The notes under the pieces are model-generated. The model was given only the letters and a program-made list of their open reading frames with translations, did not search any database and was not told the origin of the DNA. Below, piece after piece: positions 60,893-64,000 of a DNA stretch of 64,000 nt (positions within the stretch are counted from its first letter, which is position 1; every line of letters starts with the position of its first letter). A program made the translations under genes and the position numbers. The stretch comes from Promethearchaeota archaeon (GTDB lineage Archaea > Asgardarchaeota > Lokiarchaeia > Sigyniarchaeales > SOKP01), in contig RDOA01000013.1 in NCBI GenBank assembly GCA_011364925.1, positions 16,205 through 80,204 of the forward strand, given 5' to 3'.

Positions 60893-61166
60893 CTATATGT
60901 TTTAAAACGTGCTTTTTTACGCGCTCTAATCGTATAATTTCTTCGGTTGTTTTATTATATTTTTCTAGAATGTTCACAATTTCTTGATTTAAATCGTTAT
61001 GTTCTAATGTACAAGTGCTTTTTTCTAAGAAATCTTCACCGTGCCTTAAAGCAGCCAAATTTTCCGTAATTTTAACTAACTCACTAGCGATAATGCTGTT
61101 TATGAAAATCAAGTCCGAAAACATATTTTTCATATATAATACTAATTTCAGTTGGTCACTAGACAT
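60879..61166 (-). CDS. Hypothetical protein
   Basis: 95-aa helical ORF overlapping the next gene start. Confidence 0.7.
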   Translation of the reverse strand: MSSDQLKLVLYMKNMFSDLIFINSIIASELVKITENLAALRHGEDFLEKSTCTLEHNDLNQEIVNILEKYNKTTEEIIRLERVKKHVLKHIGEHK

Positions 61167-61225
61167 AATTTATATAATTTCTACAGAAATTAATTAGTTG
61201 CTATTTATGAGCTATTATGATTGGA

Positions 61226-62926
61226 TTAAAAGGTAAAAACAAAATAAATTGCAACATATAACATTGCTCCGAAAATCAACAATATTATAGCTGTCATTCT
61301 TATTAGAAAAGTTTTTTTCAAATCAGCGTGTAAAGCATCCTTTGGGAATTTTATTAAACTGCGATAATATTTTGAAACTAGATTTTTCTCATTCAATTTT
61401 AGTGTAATCGGTATTCTATAAGTGATGGTTTGAGTCTTTACTTCAATTACATCGATAGGAAGGCATAGGAACAGAGAAATGATAACGATTATACTTATCC
61501 ATAATGCTGTACTGATTAAATTATCCAGTAGTAAATTAATTGTATCAGCAATTAACCATCCCTCTAATTGTTGCACTGTTAAGAAAACTAACAATCCACT
61601 TATTCCAAAAATATCAAAGAAATCTAATTTCCGGAACCATTTTGTTACTTTTATGGAATCTACATTATTAGCACCAACATAATGAAATTTGTTGCTGAAA
61701 ATTCGTCTAAACCGAAATTTTTTTAAGGCTTTGCTATATTGTAGAGTATCCCCCCCCTTTTTACTGAAATCATAGAATAAGCTTTTTACTAATAGCATTA
61801 TGCCGTACATTAAAGCGACCCACCATACTAAAGGACCAAATAAGATCATCTGTGTCAACATGAGAATCGCTATTATAATTAAAAGCAATCCAAATACCAA
61901 ATTAAATAGTTGAAAATTAGACGAACTTACTTCCGAAAATAAATTATTATCTGTTCCGACCTCAATGTCTCGCAAATTTGGAGAACACTCTAAAAATTCA
62001 CTAAAATCTTCCTTAAATTGAGATTGCCTAAATTTAATAGGAGATAACCACATTTCATAAAGTTTATCTGTCGTTGCTATTTCAAAGTAATTCTGTGGGA
62101 ATAAGATTAATATACCTAAAGCGCTTATATCCAAAATTGAGAGTATTAGAAAGGTCCATGACAAGACAAAATCTGGACCTGCTCGTTCGGCATTAAATAA
62201 CGGAATTGCTGTCGTAAACTGTAATACAATAAACGGGATGAAAAGTATAATCCAAATAAGTTTCGGACCTATATGATTGTTTTGATATCGAACGACTTCG
62301 ATGTCTCTCTTAGGAATTTCTGTTAACCAAGGAAATCCAGGTCTCAATTCATAAAAAAAGAGAAAATTCTTTGATTTAGAAAAAATACCTCCAAATTGAC
62401 TTAGAAAGAAATAAATTAACAAACTAAATCCTGTTATTAACATAGGAAGGCCAGTAACATAAAACCAAGATGGACCTCCGAGAAAAATAGCACTTCCCAA
62501 CTTGATTTCGTGACCTACATCATCTCCAAAAATAACATAAGATATAATTCCGTTTGTAATTAACAGTATCGCAGCAATTAGCCTTGATAGAGCTAGTGAA
62601 CTAAAGTTAATATGATAATCGACGGGTTCCCTTAAATCCCGCATCTTTTTAATTGTTAGAGAATTTTCCCGTAAATAATATGACGCTATGAAAAATTTTG
62701 AGGTAATAATTCCTCCAAATATAATGATTATAACATCTATGATTAGTGATAAGTTAAAACCGTTGAGAGTTATCTCAAAATCAAATCCGATAAAAGTAAA
62801 CAAACATCCCAGAAAAATAATTAACAGACCTATTGAGAGAAAAATATACCTTAAAATTCGCTTCTTTGGATGTATTAATTTTAAATTTTCAATTTCTCTC
62901 TCTGATAATATAGCCATCGAAACCAC
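61226..62926 (-). CDS. Polytopic membrane protein
   Basis: About 11 TM segments separated by short beta-rich soluble stretches. Confidence 0.8.
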   Translation of the reverse strand: MVSMAILSEREIENLKLIHPKKRILRYIFLSIGLLIIFLGCLFTFIGFDFEITLNGFNLSLIIDVIIIIFGGIITSKFFIASYYLRENSLTIKKMRDLREPVDYHINFSSLALSRLIAAILLITNGIISYVIFGDDVGHEIKLGSAIFLGGPSWFYVTGLPMLITGFSLLIYFFLSQFGGIFSKSKNFLFFYELRPGFPWLTEIPKRDIEVVRYQNNHIGPKLIWIILFIPFIVLQFTTAIPLFNAERAGPDFVLSWTFLILSILDISALGILILFPQNYFEIATTDKLYEMWLSPIKFRQSQFKEDFSEFLECSPNLRDIEVGTDNNLFSEVSSSNFQLFNLVFGLLLIIIAILMLTQMILFGPLVWWVALMYGIMLLVKSLFYDFSKKGGDTLQYSKALKKFRFRRIFSNKFHYVGANNVDSIKVTKWFRKLDFFDIFGISGLLVFLTVQQLEGWLIADTINLLLDNLISTALWISIIVIISLFLCLPIDVIEVKTQTITYRIPITLKLNEKNLVSKYYRSLIKFPKDALHADLKKTFLIRMTAIILLIFGAMLYVAIYFVFTF

Positions 62927-63000
62927 ACAATTAAATATTAATTAATAATACAAATTTTGATTTTATCTTTAATAAAACTTCAATTTTAATTGAGCTAAAA

Positions 63001-63477
63001 ATGGATTTTAAATACTTTCGTGAAGGCTTAATCTCATTATCAACGATTTTATTCATTATTTCTTTGACATTTTTGTTTAGCTCAATTTTATTAAAACCTT
63101 ATATCGCTTTAGAACCAAATGATAGAGATTTCATTATTATTTTGACAACCACGAATATGGTGTTTTGTATTTACTACTTAATTGAAGCTATCAGATTTGA
63201 AAAGATCTATAAACTGGAAGAAAAACATATTCGAAGGTTCGGAATACGTATTGGAATTGTGTCTATCTTATATTTACCTCATATTTTCCTTTTTTTTACG
63301 CTTTTATTGTTGGATTTACACAATTTACAAGTTATGATGATATGGTTAAGTCTTATAATACAGGGGCTCTTACTAGGACTGCTTTTCAAAGAAACCTACG
63401 ATCTTCTCTTAAAAAGAGAGGATGAGAGAAAGTTTGAAATTAACCAGAATAGAGAAATTTATTTAGAGCGGAAATAA
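63001..63477 (+). CDS. Membrane protein (4 TM)
   Basis: Four hydrophobic helices, charged C-terminus. Confidence 0.75.
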   Translation: MDFKYFREGLISLSTILFIISLTFLFSSILLKPYIALEPNDRDFIIILTTTNMVFCIYYLIEAIRFEKIYKLEEKHIRRFGIRIGIVSILYLPHIFLFFTLLLLDLHNLQVMMIWLSLIIQGLLLGLLFKETYDLLLKREDERKFEINQNREIYLERK

Positions 63478-63512
63478 AGATATGAAATGCTTAAAGTTAT
63501 CTTCCTATTATA

Positions 63513-63998
63513 TTATTGTTTAGTGGTTTGTGCTAGTTTTTCTATTGCAGTATCTATCATTTTAAGTTTAGTCGAATATTTTTCCATCAGTTCAGCGAAC
63601 TTTTCCACATCAAGTTCTTTGTTTTCATTTAACACTTTCAATTCATTAATCGTTCTTACTATTCCTGCCTTTTTATCTATTAATCTCTCTCGTTTACTAT
63701 AAGGTATTTTCTGTTCGATTTTCTTTTTCTGAAAAGATTTGAATCTCTTGATGTTTAAATCTTTAGGTACGAATTTGGTTAAGTATATTGTACTTTTTGG
63801 GACAAACGGCGCTAGATTCTCGGGGATAAGGATTATAGGTTCAGGATCCTGTATCCGTTTAATCTCGTCATACTCTAAAGGTTCAAAGTTAAACTCTTTC
63901 ATGATATCCTTAACAACGGATAAATTAAGCTTGACATTATTTCTCTCTTCATTTGATATATCAGAAACGCTATTGAGCATTTCGTTCCAAATTTCCTC
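63513..63998 (-). CDS. Hypothetical protein (5' partial)
   Basis: Frame open to the window edge; coiled-coil-like C-terminus. Confidence 0.7.
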   Translation of the reverse strand, partial: EEIWNEMLNSVSDISNEERNNVKLNLSVVKDIMKEFNFEPLEYDEIKRIQDPEPIILIPENLAPFVPKSTIYLTKFVPKDLNIKRFKSFQKKKIEQKIPYSKRERLIDKKAGIVRTINELKVLNENKELDVEKFAELMEKYSTKLKMIDTAIEKLAQTTKQ

Positions 63999-64000
63999 TG

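Noticed and set aside
3926-63702. Numerous short antisense or alternate-frame ORFs in the track (e.g. 5024-5299, 13062-13500, 31086-31523, 42029-42358, 63487-63702)
   Set aside because: They lie within or largely overlap well-supported genes and have no recognisable motifs; treated as shadow ORFs.
1-64000. CRISPR arrays, rRNA, tRNA, transposases, integrases
   Set aside because: No regularly spaced repeats, GC-rich stable-RNA signatures or recombinase motifs were seen by eye.

Overview
AT-rich archaeal chromosomal segment, almost certainly an Asgard archaeon of the Lokiarchaeia. Support: a Loki-type profilin, three unprenylated Rab-like GTPases, longin/roadblock-like proteins, a JAMM/MPN+ protein, eL38, a PSTK-like kinase, a Loki-type reductive dehalogenase, and archaeal TBP, thermosome, AspRS and MAP-II. 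About 63 CDSs, mostly housekeeping (translation, tRNA modification, polyamine/hypusine, fatty-acid activation) mixed with eukaryotic-signature and membrane proteins. No rRNA, tRNA, CRISPR array or transposase was recognised. The strongest unexplained signal is a ~490-nt ORF-free element at 54274-54761. It has an 11-bp terminal helix, several nested long-range helices whose G-U wobbles indicate the minus strand, a well-placed TATA box and a U9 terminator, so it is a candidate large structured ncRNA that I could not assign to RNase P, SRP, tRNA or tmRNA by motif. Other highlights: genes whose conserved N-termini imply non-standard start codons (TTC/TTT/ATT behind a Shine-Dalgarno motif), a Rab-thioredoxin-V4R gene trio, a surface-protein/ABC-exporter cluster divergent from profilin, and a polytopic membrane protein with a C-terminal longin-like domain. 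All assignments are from motif recognition by eye; no database searches were run.
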